Assembly: GCA_040218735.1 (NCBI GenBank)
Contig: JAVJQW010000022.1
Span: forward strand, 32,001-96,000
Direction of reading: 5' to 3'
Source: Deltaproteobacteria bacterium
GTDB lineage: Bacteria; Myxococcota; Kuafuiibacteriia; Kuafuiibacteriales; Kuafuiibacteriaceae
Length of the DNA: 64,000 bases
Part shown: one piece after another, positions 19,996 to 28,292 of the stretch
How the letters are laid out: each line of letters opens with the position of its first letter
Numbering within the stretch: the first letter of the stretch is position 1
Notes under the pieces: generated by a model
Database searches by the model: none
Told to the model about the DNA's origin: nothing
The model's input: the letters and a program-made list of their open reading frames with translations, nothing else
Made by a program: the position numbers and the translations under genes

Positions 19996-21145
19996 GCGTG
20001 ACGCCGAGCCGCCCGCCACCCTCCTCGAACGCAACGGCCGGTGCGATGCCCGGCGTGGGTTCGTCGAGGAGGTAGAGCACAAGACCCGTAACGGCGCCGG
20101 CCGCCGCGACCGAGAGCATCGAGGCCGCGACGACGCGGGCCCGTCCCTGCCGCCGCTTGTCGGACTGGTACGCGCGGATCTCGTCGGCGGTCAGGGCCAT
20201 CTCTTCGTCGAAGAGCTTCGTCGCCGTCTCGTCCGCGTCCGCCCCGGCGTCCACGCCGATCAGCGCGACGACGCCCCCCGCGACCGCGAGGGCACCCGCC
20301 CCACCGAGCATCCACAGCGCCACGTGCCGCTGCGTCGTCGCTTCGAGATTTGCGTCGACGTGCAGCGTCCCACCGCGCGTGACGTCGAGTCGGCGGGCAA
20401 ACGGACGTCGTCCGGCTTCGACGACCTCGACCCGGTGAGGCCCCTCAGCGAGCTCCAGAGGTCGGCCGAGCGGCGCTTCACCCTGCGGCGTTCCGTCCAC
20501 GAACACGTCGGCGCCGTCGGGTGCGGCGACCGTCACGACACCGGGCCTCGGTCGAAGCTCGACGTCGACGACCGCGATCGTCCCCTCGGCGGCGGTGCGC
20601 GTGAGCTCCGCGGGGAAGTAGCCATCCGCCGTCACACGGATCGCGTGACGGCCCGGGGCGACCTCTTCGATCAACGGCGCAGAGGTCGCGGGATGATCGT
20701 CGAGCGCGACCTGCGCAGCACCCACGTCGACTTGCACCATCAGGCGTGTCGGTCTCTTCGACGACGCCGACCTCGTCGACGTCGAGGACAGGCGAAGGCG
20801 CTCGATCATCGGTGTGATCGTCGCGAGGTGTTCGACGGCGTGTTTGCGGCGACCGCCGGTCGGCGCCTCGGCGAGGTACCGACGATAGAGCTCCTCCGCC
20901 CGTACGAGATCGGCACCGTCGAGATCGGCGAAGTAGCGAAGCCGATGGGCCTGCGCGAGCGAGAACACCACGGCGGGGTTGGGTAGTGCAGCCTGCGCCT
21001 GTTCGAACGCGGCGATCGCGGCGCCGTACTTCGTCTGCGCGAACGCGCGCTCGCCGGCGTCGAAGTATCGACGGGCCTCTGCGCGGCGCGAGACGTCCGC
21101 GCCCGCCTGGGCGACGAGCAACGTGCTGAGGACGATGGCGATCAT
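19982..21145 (-). CDS. TPR + PEGA domain protein with signal peptide and C-terminal TM
   Basis: ARRYFDAGERAF (TPR); PDGADVFVDGTPQGEAPL and APGRHAIRVTADGY (PEGA). Confidence 0.85.
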   Translation of the reverse strand: MIAIVLSTLLVAQAGADVSRRAEARRYFDAGERAFAQTKYGAAIAAFEQAQAALPNPAVVFSLAQAHRLRYFADLDGADLVRAEELYRRYLAEAPTGGRRKHAVEHLATITPMIERLRLSSTSTRSASSKRPTRLMVQVDVGAAQVALDDHPATSAPLIEEVAPGRHAIRVTADGYFPAELTRTAAEGTIAVVDVELRPRPGVVTVAAPDGADVFVDGTPQGEAPLGRPLELAEGPHRVEVVEAGRRPFARRLDVTRGGTLHVDANLEATTQRHVALWMLGGAGALAVAGGVVALIGVDAGADADETATKLFDEEMALTADEIRAYQSDKRRQGRARVVAASMLSVAAAGAVTGLVLYLLDEPTPGIAPAVAFEEGGGRLGVTLSWP

Positions 21146-23595
21146 CGCTGCCGCCTCGAGCGCCCGAGGAGCGTATAGAGCTTCGCGTCGTCGGACACGA
21201 TGACGTCCTGAAGGCCGTCCCCGTTGACGTCGGCCACGGCCAGACGCGCTCGCGACGACAAGACTCGCTCCAGCACGGGACTCGCCCGTGGGCGAAAGCC
21301 GCCCTCGATCGAGATGTCGCCGACGCGCACACCGGCGTCGTTCAGCACCAACAGCTCGAGGTCACGGTCCGCATCGACGTCGATCGCCACCATGTCGAGG
21401 ACCGTCTCCGCTCCCTCAGCGATCGGCGTGACGAAGCTGAACTGCGGCGCATCGAACATGTCGCCGACCGCACCCGAGAGGTCCCAACCGATCGCGCTCG
21501 GCGAGTCGGCTGCACCGTCGCCCACGGTGAGGAGATCGGTGCGTTCGTTCCGATTGAGATCGGCCGTCGACAAGCGCCGGCCGATCAGGTCCGAAGGGCC
21601 GGGTCGACACACGTAGTCGCCTTCGCGTTCGAACAGTACGAAGGCTCGATCGCCGCAGCGATCGACGAGGAACGCGGCCTCGCGGGTCTGCCCCGGCAAA
21701 CGGATGCTCTGACCCGACAGACAGATCGGCTCGATCGGCGCGGTGTTGCACAACACGCCAAAGTCGATCGGAGACATGTCGCGCTGCTCGAACAGCGCGT
21801 CGCCCGAACCGCGAATCAACCATGCGTCGCGCTCGCGAAGGAGGAGGAAATGAACGGGCGGATTCGGCCCCGAGTCGACTTGCTCGGCCTGCAGCGCGAA
21901 GACGGCGAACGAGGAGCCGTCGGGGTTCGGTGGTGTCACGAGCGACGACATGCGCCGTATCCGGGCGCCGCTGAGGAATGTGTTGCTTCGAAGACCTGTG
22001 CCGTCGGCCTCCGCCGCCGTCCCTACCAACAGATCGCTGATGCCCTCCGGCTCGTGAGAAGTCTGGATGTTGTACCGCTCGAGCGTCTGGATGAAATCGA
22101 GGCGCCCCATCTGAATGGGGGCGGTCGGCACACCGAGGCCCGTCCCGTAGGAAACCGCGATCGTCGTACCCGCGCCGGGGTCGTTCTCGAGCTCGTCCTG
22201 GACGAACGCGACATCGTCGACGAGGTCCCCATCGTAGTCACCAACGGTGAGTGCGCGCACCCGCGCCGAGGCCACGAGGTCTCCGTAGTTGAAGCGCCCC
22301 TCGCGTGTGTTGAGTAGGATGCGCACACGCCCCACCGAAGCGGTCGCCGCGACGTCGAGGAAACGATCGCCATTGAAGTCGCCGAACCGCGCTTCGCGCC
22401 AGGTCGGAAACGCAGCGTAGGTCCGAACCGTGGCATCGCCGCGACGCAGGTGGACGCCGTCGGGCGTGAGAAAATCGACGAGACCGTCGCCGTCGAGATC
22501 GCCGACGTCCAGCGGCCAGCGTTCGAGGAAGTCGGCACGTTCGGCGTCTCGAAACACGGGCGAGCCGCGGTAGGCGACCATGGCGCCCTCCGCGCCGTTC
22601 ACCAGCAGATCGGTCCCGCCCTGACCGTCGACGTCCGCCACGAACATCCCCGGGGCGCTCGGCCCGGGCAAGACGATCGTCGCGACCCGAGTGATCGTGA
22701 GCGACGCGAAGTCGAAACAGCTCGTCGGGCACTCCAACTGGTAGACGTAGACACGGTCGTCGCCGTGAACGTTGACGAACGCCTCGCCTCGCGTCGACGT
22801 GACGACGGTGCGCTGCGTGACATCCAGGGCTGCGGGGAACTCGATCGACCGCCCAGGATCGTTGCAGACGGAGCGATCGAACGGGTCCGTTCCGAAGATC
22901 AGACACACGCGGTTCGAGACGACGTCGGTCCCGAGCGCATAGCTGCCGCGCTCGGGAATGTCTGCGGCGTGGAAACGGAACTCTTCCGGGAGGCGAGTCA
23001 GCTGAGGGTACGGGATGGTCTCGGGTAGGCGGCTGGGCGAACCGCGGAGCACGAGCAGGCCGTTGCCGAGCGGCACCGCGACGTCGGTGATGTCGTCGTC
23101 GTCGACGTCGACCACCGCGATCTGTAGGTCGGGACGAACGTCGAACGGGATGTCGAAGCTGCTGTCCGAGAGGCCGGACTCCCCGGAGAAGCGATAGCTG
23201 AGACCGATGGACGTGAGCGCCAACAGGTCGTCGCGCCCGTCCCCGTCGAGATCACCGACTGCGAGTGACCGCGCGGGCGCGCCCAACGCGGTGGTCGGCA
23301 CTTCGCGATATTCACCCGAGGCGAACAAACAGATCCCGTCCGTCCCGCATCGCCACCCGACCGGGCAGGCCGGGACGTCGGAGCTGGCACGACAGACGTA
23401 CCGGCACCGGCGGATCGGGTCGTCCGGCGCACCACACTCGAGGTTCGGTCCGAGGCTCTCGTCCTCGGCGACGTCGCAGTCTTCGTCGTTCGTGGGTTCG
23501 ACGAGACCGTTGCCACACACGTCGAACTCGATGTCGGGCAGAAGAAAGCACCCCGGCAGGACGAGCAGGGCGACGATGACGGTTCTCGTCCTCAT
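21142..23595 (-). CDS. FG-GAP/VCBS repeat lipoprotein
   Basis: MRTRTVIVALLVLPGC lipobox; CGNGLVE..EDCD; repeated GDLDGDGRDDL, GDFNGDRFLDV, ADVNGDGLQDV. Confidence 0.85.
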   Translation of the reverse strand: MRTRTVIVALLVLPGCFLLPDIEFDVCGNGLVEPTNDEDCDVAEDESLGPNLECGAPDDPIRRCRYVCRASSDVPACPVGWRCGTDGICLFASGEYREVPTTALGAPARSLAVGDLDGDGRDDLLALTSIGLSYRFSGESGLSDSSFDIPFDVRPDLQIAVVDVDDDDITDVAVPLGNGLLVLRGSPSRLPETIPYPQLTRLPEEFRFHAADIPERGSYALGTDVVSNRVCLIFGTDPFDRSVCNDPGRSIEFPAALDVTQRTVVTSTRGEAFVNVHGDDRVYVYQLECPTSCFDFASLTITRVATIVLPGPSAPGMFVADVDGQGGTDLLVNGAEGAMVAYRGSPVFRDAERADFLERWPLDVGDLDGDGLVDFLTPDGVHLRRGDATVRTYAAFPTWREARFGDFNGDRFLDVAATASVGRVRILLNTREGRFNYGDLVASARVRALTVGDYDGDLVDDVAFVQDELENDPGAGTTIAVSYGTGLGVPTAPIQMGRLDFIQTLERYNIQTSHEPEGISDLLVGTAAEADGTGLRSNTFLSGARIRRMSSLVTPPNPDGSSFAVFALQAEQVDSGPNPPVHFLLLRERDAWLIRGSGDALFEQRDMSPIDFGVLCNTAPIEPICLSGQSIRLPGQTREAAFLVDRCGDRAFVLFEREGDYVCRPGPSDLIGRRLSTADLNRNERTDLLTVGDGAADSPSAIGWDLSGAVGDMFDAPQFSFVTPIAEGAETVLDMVAIDVDADRDLELLVLNDAGVRVGDISIEGGFRPRASPVLERVLSSRARLAVADVNGDGLQDVIVSDDAKLYTLLGRSRRQR

Positions 23596-24479
23596 CACGG
23601 ACCGCTCGTGGCCCGGGAAGTCTCGCCCTTCGGGCTCTCGGTTCGCGGCATCGCGAACGTGAGGCAGTAGAAGAACCTCGCGATCTGCTCGTCCCGCACA
23701 TCCACCGCGTCGCGCGGGACCATGGTCTTCGGGTCGCGCTGCGCGAAGTCGTAGAAGGTGACGAGCCTGTACATCGCGCGGTGGTAGAGCGTGTGGCGTT
23801 CGTCGGGCGCGAGGCGTTCGTCGACGACGACGATCGGCGTGCCCGGCTTCGCGACGCGCGCCATCTCGGCGAGCGCGAGGTCCGGGTCGCGGTAGTTGTT
23901 CGTCGCGCCGATGTGGAAGACACGGTCGAAGAATCCGTCGCGGAACGGGAGCGCGTGGGCGTCCGCCAACACCAGCCGCGGCTGCTTGCGGTGCGCCTTC
24001 TTCACGCGACGCACACACCCGCGCAGCATCATTTGTGCGAGGTCGACACCCCACAGCTCGACGTCGAGGCCCGACGGCAGCGCGTCGTAGATCCGCGGGA
24101 CGTTCGCGCCCGTGCCCATCCCCACTTCGAGGATGCGCACCGGCCCGCCGTCGGGCGGCGCGCGCAGCGAAGACAGCGCGAGACGCTCGAAGTAGCGGTG
24201 GCGCATCACACGCTCCGTACCCGAGCCCATCAACGGCAGCAGCACCGAGACCGCCGGGTCGTGCAGCGGCGCGAAGTTGTCGTAGATCAGCCGCATCAAC
24301 CGATCGTTCCCGCGCACCGCGCCCGGCTCGAACAACCGTGGCAAGTTGTCTTGCACCGGCCACGCCCGCACGCAGGTCTGACAGACCAGCGCGTCGCCGA
24401 CCCGCTCCATCGCCGCGCGACAGCACGGGCTCGCGAGGTTCGCGACGTCCGCCGCCGACAGCGCTTCGAAGCCGGTCAC
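23595..24479 (-). CDS. Class I SAM-dependent methyltransferase with N-terminal Trm112-like Cys knuckle
   Basis: SPCC..LVCQTC; ILEVGMGTG, GVDLA, ADAHALPF, ALAEMARVAKPG; overlaps both neighbours. Confidence 0.85.
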   Translation of the reverse strand: MTGFEALSAADVANLASPCCRAAMERVGDALVCQTCVRAWPVQDNLPRLFEPGAVRGNDRLMRLIYDNFAPLHDPAVSVLLPLMGSGTERVMRHRYFERLALSSLRAPPDGGPVRILEVGMGTGANVPRIYDALPSGLDVELWGVDLAQMMLRGCVRRVKKAHRKQPRLVLADAHALPFRDGFFDRVFHIGATNNYRDPDLALAEMARVAKPGTPIVVVDERLAPDERHTLYHRAMYRLVTFYDFAQRDPKTMVPRDAVDVRDEQIARFFYCLTFAMPRTESPKGETSRATSGP

Positions 24480-27400
24480 AGCGCCACCTTGCGCGACTCC
24501 AGCGCCGCACGCGCCTGCGAGAGCGCCCGTGCGGCGCCCATCTTCTCGTAGGTCTCCACCGCGAGGTTCAGGTGGCGATCTCGGTCGGGCCCCTCCTGGT
24601 GACGCCCCAGCTCGTAGGCCGCCCGCGCGATCGCGTGGTGCATCTGGTGTTTCTGCGCGAGCGCCAAACCCTTCGACCACTCCGACAGCGCCGCCGCCGA
24701 CTTCTCCTGCCGCCACTTCAACCCGCCGCGGGCGAGGTGCGCGTACGGCCGAGCGAAGCGAACCATCTTCGCGTAGGTGTCGAAGATCTTCACGAGGTCC
24801 TCCAGCTGCGTGAGGATCGCCTTGGTCTCCACACCGCTCGCGTCGGCGCGCGCCTCCAACAGGTCGAGGTAGACCTGCGACAACGCCCACAGCCCCGGCG
24901 TCACGAAGAACGGGAACGGCGGGCTCTCGCGCATCAACATCACCGCGCGGTCCGCGTGCGTGCGCGCGCGGTCGTCATCGCCCGCCACCAACGAAACCAA
25001 CGCCACGATCCCGTGCGCCCACGCCGCCTCCGCCTGCTCGCGCGGCCCCTTCGTCCACTCGTCGAGCTCGGGGAGGATCGCCTTCGCCTCCGGCACGCGG
25101 CCGGTGCGCAGATAACCCTCCGCGAGGCAGCACTGAATCCACCCCGTGACCTGCTCGTCACCGCGCGCCTTCGTCATCACGATGCTCTGCGACAACGTGG
25201 CGAGCTGCTCCTCGTACCGCCCCTGCACGCCGAGGCCGATCGCGTGGGTGATGTGCACCTCGGTGATCGAACGTTGGTCGCCGGTCGCGTGGGCGATCTC
25301 GAGCGCCTTCGCCGCTGTCGCGTCGGAGCGCTCGAAGTCGCCGACGGTGATGTAATACGCACCCACGCGCGCGAGCGCGTAGCAGAGCGTCGGTTCGTTC
25401 CCGAGCTCCTCCGCGAGCGCCACCGAACGCTCCGCCCACTTGCGCGCGATGCCCTGGAACGGGCTCACGCCCGCGACGTTCGCGAGCATCGCGTACCCGC
25501 GCACCAACGCCGGCGTAAGCGGGATGCGCGACGCGAGGTTCACGTTGCGGAAGTTCGTGAACACCGCGAGGAACGGTTGGTTGTCACGGAACGTCGGCTC
25601 GACGAGGCGGTTGTACATGTACGCCGCCTCCGCGAGGCGCGTCCGCTTCGTGCCCGGGCCGACCCGGAAGAGGAACGGCAGCCACGCCTGGAACGTGTAC
25701 TTCACGACCTCGCGGAACATCGCAAACGCCTGCGCGCCCGACGTGCTCGGCAAGCGGTCCTGCCCCACGAGGACCAGCGCGTCCTCGACGTGCTCACGCC
25801 CTTCGCTGTCGCGTCCACGATCGAAGTGTGCGTCCGCGAGCCCGCGTGACCAGCGGCTCCTCCGCAGCGGACCGACGTCGACTTGCTCGCGTTTCCGGAT
25901 TTCCTCGAGTGTCGTGAACGTGCGGATCGCCTGCTCCGTGGAGAAGTCGCGCAGCGCACCTTCGGCCGCGCGCTCCAGGGCGTCGATCGCCTTCGACCAC
26001 ACCTCCGCCTCGGACCAGAACTGCGCGAGCATCCCGAGGTCGACGTCGCCCTCCCCGCTCGACGCGCGCGCCTCGAGCGCGACCGCCGCGCGGTGGGAGA
26101 GCTCGAGCCTCCGCTCGCGCTTCAGGTCGTCGTAGGCCGACTCTCGGAGTTTGTCGTGGACGAAGCGCAGGTCGCCGCCGTCCACGTCGAGCACCTGCCG
26201 CACGACGAGCTCCTTGATGGCGTCGCCGGTCTCTTCGTCGGTGGTCTCGTCCTCCGCGAGCACCGCCTGGAGCAGCTCGCGGTCGAACTCCCGCCCGAGC
26301 ACGGACGCCGCCTCCAGCGTGGTGCGCGCCGCGGGTGAGAGACCTCGCAGCCGCTGGGCCACGAGCTCCAGCAGCGACGCCGGGAGCCCGAGCTCCGCGT
26401 ACGCGCCCGGGGTGTCCTGTTCGACGCCGAGGTGCCAACGCCCCCCGCGCCGCTCGAGCACACCCTCCGCCACCGCGAGCCGCAGGTACTCCGCGACGAA
26501 GAACGGGTTGCCCTCGGAGTGTTTCGCGAGGAAGCGCACGAACTCGTCCGGCGGCTTCGCGAGCGCGAGCATGTCGCCGACGACACGTTTGACGCTCCCC
26601 TCGTCGAGGCGTCCGAGCATCAGCGCATCGACGCGATCGAGCACCGGCTTCAGCGAGTCGGTGATCTCGTCGCTGCGGTACGTCCCGATGATCGCGACCG
26701 GTAGCGTCTTCACCTTCCCGCTCGCGAGGTAGTCGAGGAACGCGAGCGTGAGATCGTCGGCCCACTGCAGGTCGTCGATCATCAAGACGATCGGACCGTC
26801 CTCGGCGATCAGCGCGGCGAGCGTCTCGTAGAGTGCCTCCATCAGGCGAAGGCGCGCGCTCTCCCCCGGCAGCTCCGGCACCGACGTGCCCGACACCCCC
26901 GGCACCGTCAGCAGCGTCGGCTCGTAGAGCGCGAGCAGCGCCGCCCGCGACTTCACGAGCAGTCGATCCGCGACCTCGTCGTCCGCGGTACGCGCGCGAT
27001 CCGCGACGCGCTGGAGCAGCGGTTTGATCGGGTGCAGCGGCGCCCCCTGCACGTCGACCCGCGTGTGCCCGCCGACGGTCAGCGGCAGGCACTCGCCGAT
27101 GACCACCTCCAACCGCTGCGCGGTCGCGTAGTGCGCGGCCTCCGAAGCGAGGAATGTCTTGCCGACGCCGCTCTCGCCGCCGATGAAGATCATCCCGCCC
27201 TCGCCGTCGCGGGCGCGTTTGATGACGTCCTCGAGCACGAGGAGATCGTCGCCCCGCCCCGCCATCTCGGCGCGGTACAGGTACGCCGGGGTCTCGATGC
27301 CCGGGAGCTCGTCCTGCTCGGCGCCGAGGAGCTCGAGGAGCCGCGCGACGTCGTCGGCGTGGCCGATGCGGTCGCGCGGGCGCTTCGCGAGCAACCCCAT

Positions 27401-28252
27401 GATCAGCTCGTCGACGCCCTTCGGGCAGCCCTCGACCAGCTCGGACGGCGCCGGCGGCGTGTCGTTGAGAACACGCCGCATCCAGTCGTTCACCGACTCG
27501 CAGCGGAACGGGAGGCGCCCCGTGATCGTCTCGAAGAGCACCGTCCCGAGCGAGTACAGATCCGCGCGTGCGTCGACGTGCATCCCGCGCGCCTGCTCGG
27601 GCGCCATGTACCGCAACGTCCCGACGAGCTTGCCCGCCTGCTCCAGCTTCTCGCGGCCGACCGCACCCCGGAACCGCGACGCGATCCCGAGGTCGGTGAG
27701 CACCGGGCGCGTGTCGACGAGGAAGATGTTCGCGGGTTTGAGGTCGCGGTGAACGAAGCCGTGACCGTGGAGCACGGAGAGCGAAGTGCACAGCCGGCGC
27801 GCGAGGGAGAGGACTTCTTTGAGTCGCCCCTTCGCGGCCTTCGGACGCGAGAACGTCGCGACCTCGCCGGGGCGCGCCTGCGCGGTCGCGTCGAAGTCGA
27901 ACGCGGAGTCGTCGCGCACCGCCGTCGGGTCGGTGGAGCCGGGGTTCCACAGCTCCTGGTTGAAGTCGTCCCAGGTCTGCCCTTCGAGCAGCTCCATCGC
28001 GTACCACGGGAGCCCGCCCTCGGAGCCGTGGCCGATGATGCGCACGATGCCGGGGTGCTCGATGCGCGCGAGCGCCGCGATCTCCGCGCGGACGCTGTGC
28101 AGCGCGAAGGACGCGGTCGCCTTCGGGGGCTTGAGCGCGACCTGTTGGCCGGTGTCGGGGTGGCGTCCGCGGTAGACGACGCCCATGCCCCCTTCGCCGA
28201 GCGTCCCTACGACTTCGTAGGGGCCGATGTTCCGCGCGTCGCCGCCAGCCAA
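24476..28252 (-). CDS. Ser/Thr protein kinase-AAA/STAND ATPase-TPR
   Basis: LGEGGMGVVY, VALK, HRDLKPAN, DLG, YMAPE; GESGVGKT, IDDLQWAD, GNPFF; helical repeats at C-terminus. Confidence 0.92.
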   Translation of the reverse strand: MAGGDARNIGPYEVVGTLGEGGMGVVYRGRHPDTGQQVALKPPKATASFALHSVRAEIAALARIEHPGIVRIIGHGSEGGLPWYAMELLEGQTWDDFNQELWNPGSTDPTAVRDDSAFDFDATAQARPGEVATFSRPKAAKGRLKEVLSLARRLCTSLSVLHGHGFVHRDLKPANIFLVDTRPVLTDLGIASRFRGAVGREKLEQAGKLVGTLRYMAPEQARGMHVDARADLYSLGTVLFETITGRLPFRCESVNDWMRRVLNDTPPAPSELVEGCPKGVDELIMGLLAKRPRDRIGHADDVARLLELLGAEQDELPGIETPAYLYRAEMAGRGDDLLVLEDVIKRARDGEGGMIFIGGESGVGKTFLASEAAHYATAQRLEVVIGECLPLTVGGHTRVDVQGAPLHPIKPLLQRVADRARTADDEVADRLLVKSRAALLALYEPTLLTVPGVSGTSVPELPGESARLRLMEALYETLAALIAEDGPIVLMIDDLQWADDLTLAFLDYLASGKVKTLPVAIIGTYRSDEITDSLKPVLDRVDALMLGRLDEGSVKRVVGDMLALAKPPDEFVRFLAKHSEGNPFFVAEYLRLAVAEGVLERRGGRWHLGVEQDTPGAYAELGLPASLLELVAQRLRGLSPAARTTLEAASVLGREFDRELLQAVLAEDETTDEETGDAIKELVVRQVLDVDGGDLRFVHDKLRESAYDDLKRERRLELSHRAAVALEARASSGEGDVDLGMLAQFWSEAEVWSKAIDALERAAEGALRDFSTEQAIRTFTTLEEIRKREQVDVGPLRRSRWSRGLADAHFDRGRDSEGREHVEDALVLVGQDRLPSTSGAQAFAMFREVVKYTFQAWLPFLFRVGPGTKRTRLAEAAYMYNRLVEPTFRDNQPFLAVFTNFRNVNLASRIPLTPALVRGYAMLANVAGVSPFQGIARKWAERSVALAEELGNEPTLCYALARVGAYYITVGDFERSDATAAKALEIAHATGDQRSITEVHITHAIGLGVQGRYEEQLATLSQSIVMTKARGDEQVTGWIQCCLAEGYLRTGRVPEAKAILPELDEWTKGPREQAEAAWAHGIVALVSLVAGDDDRARTHADRAVMLMRESPPFPFFVTPGLWALSQVYLDLLEARADASGVETKAILTQLEDLVKIFDTYAKMVRFARPYAHLARGGLKWRQEKSAAALSEWSKGLALAQKHQMHHAIARAAYELGRHQEGPDRDRHLNLAVETYEKMGAARALSQARAALESRKVAL

Positions 28253-28292
28253 ACCGCCTGGACCTTACCCGAGCACCTGGAACAGAGCGAGA

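Noticed and set aside
21142-24510. 1122-aa single ORF
   Set aside because: First 305 codons are an off-frame read of the methyltransferase; the real start is the lipoprotein ATG at 23595
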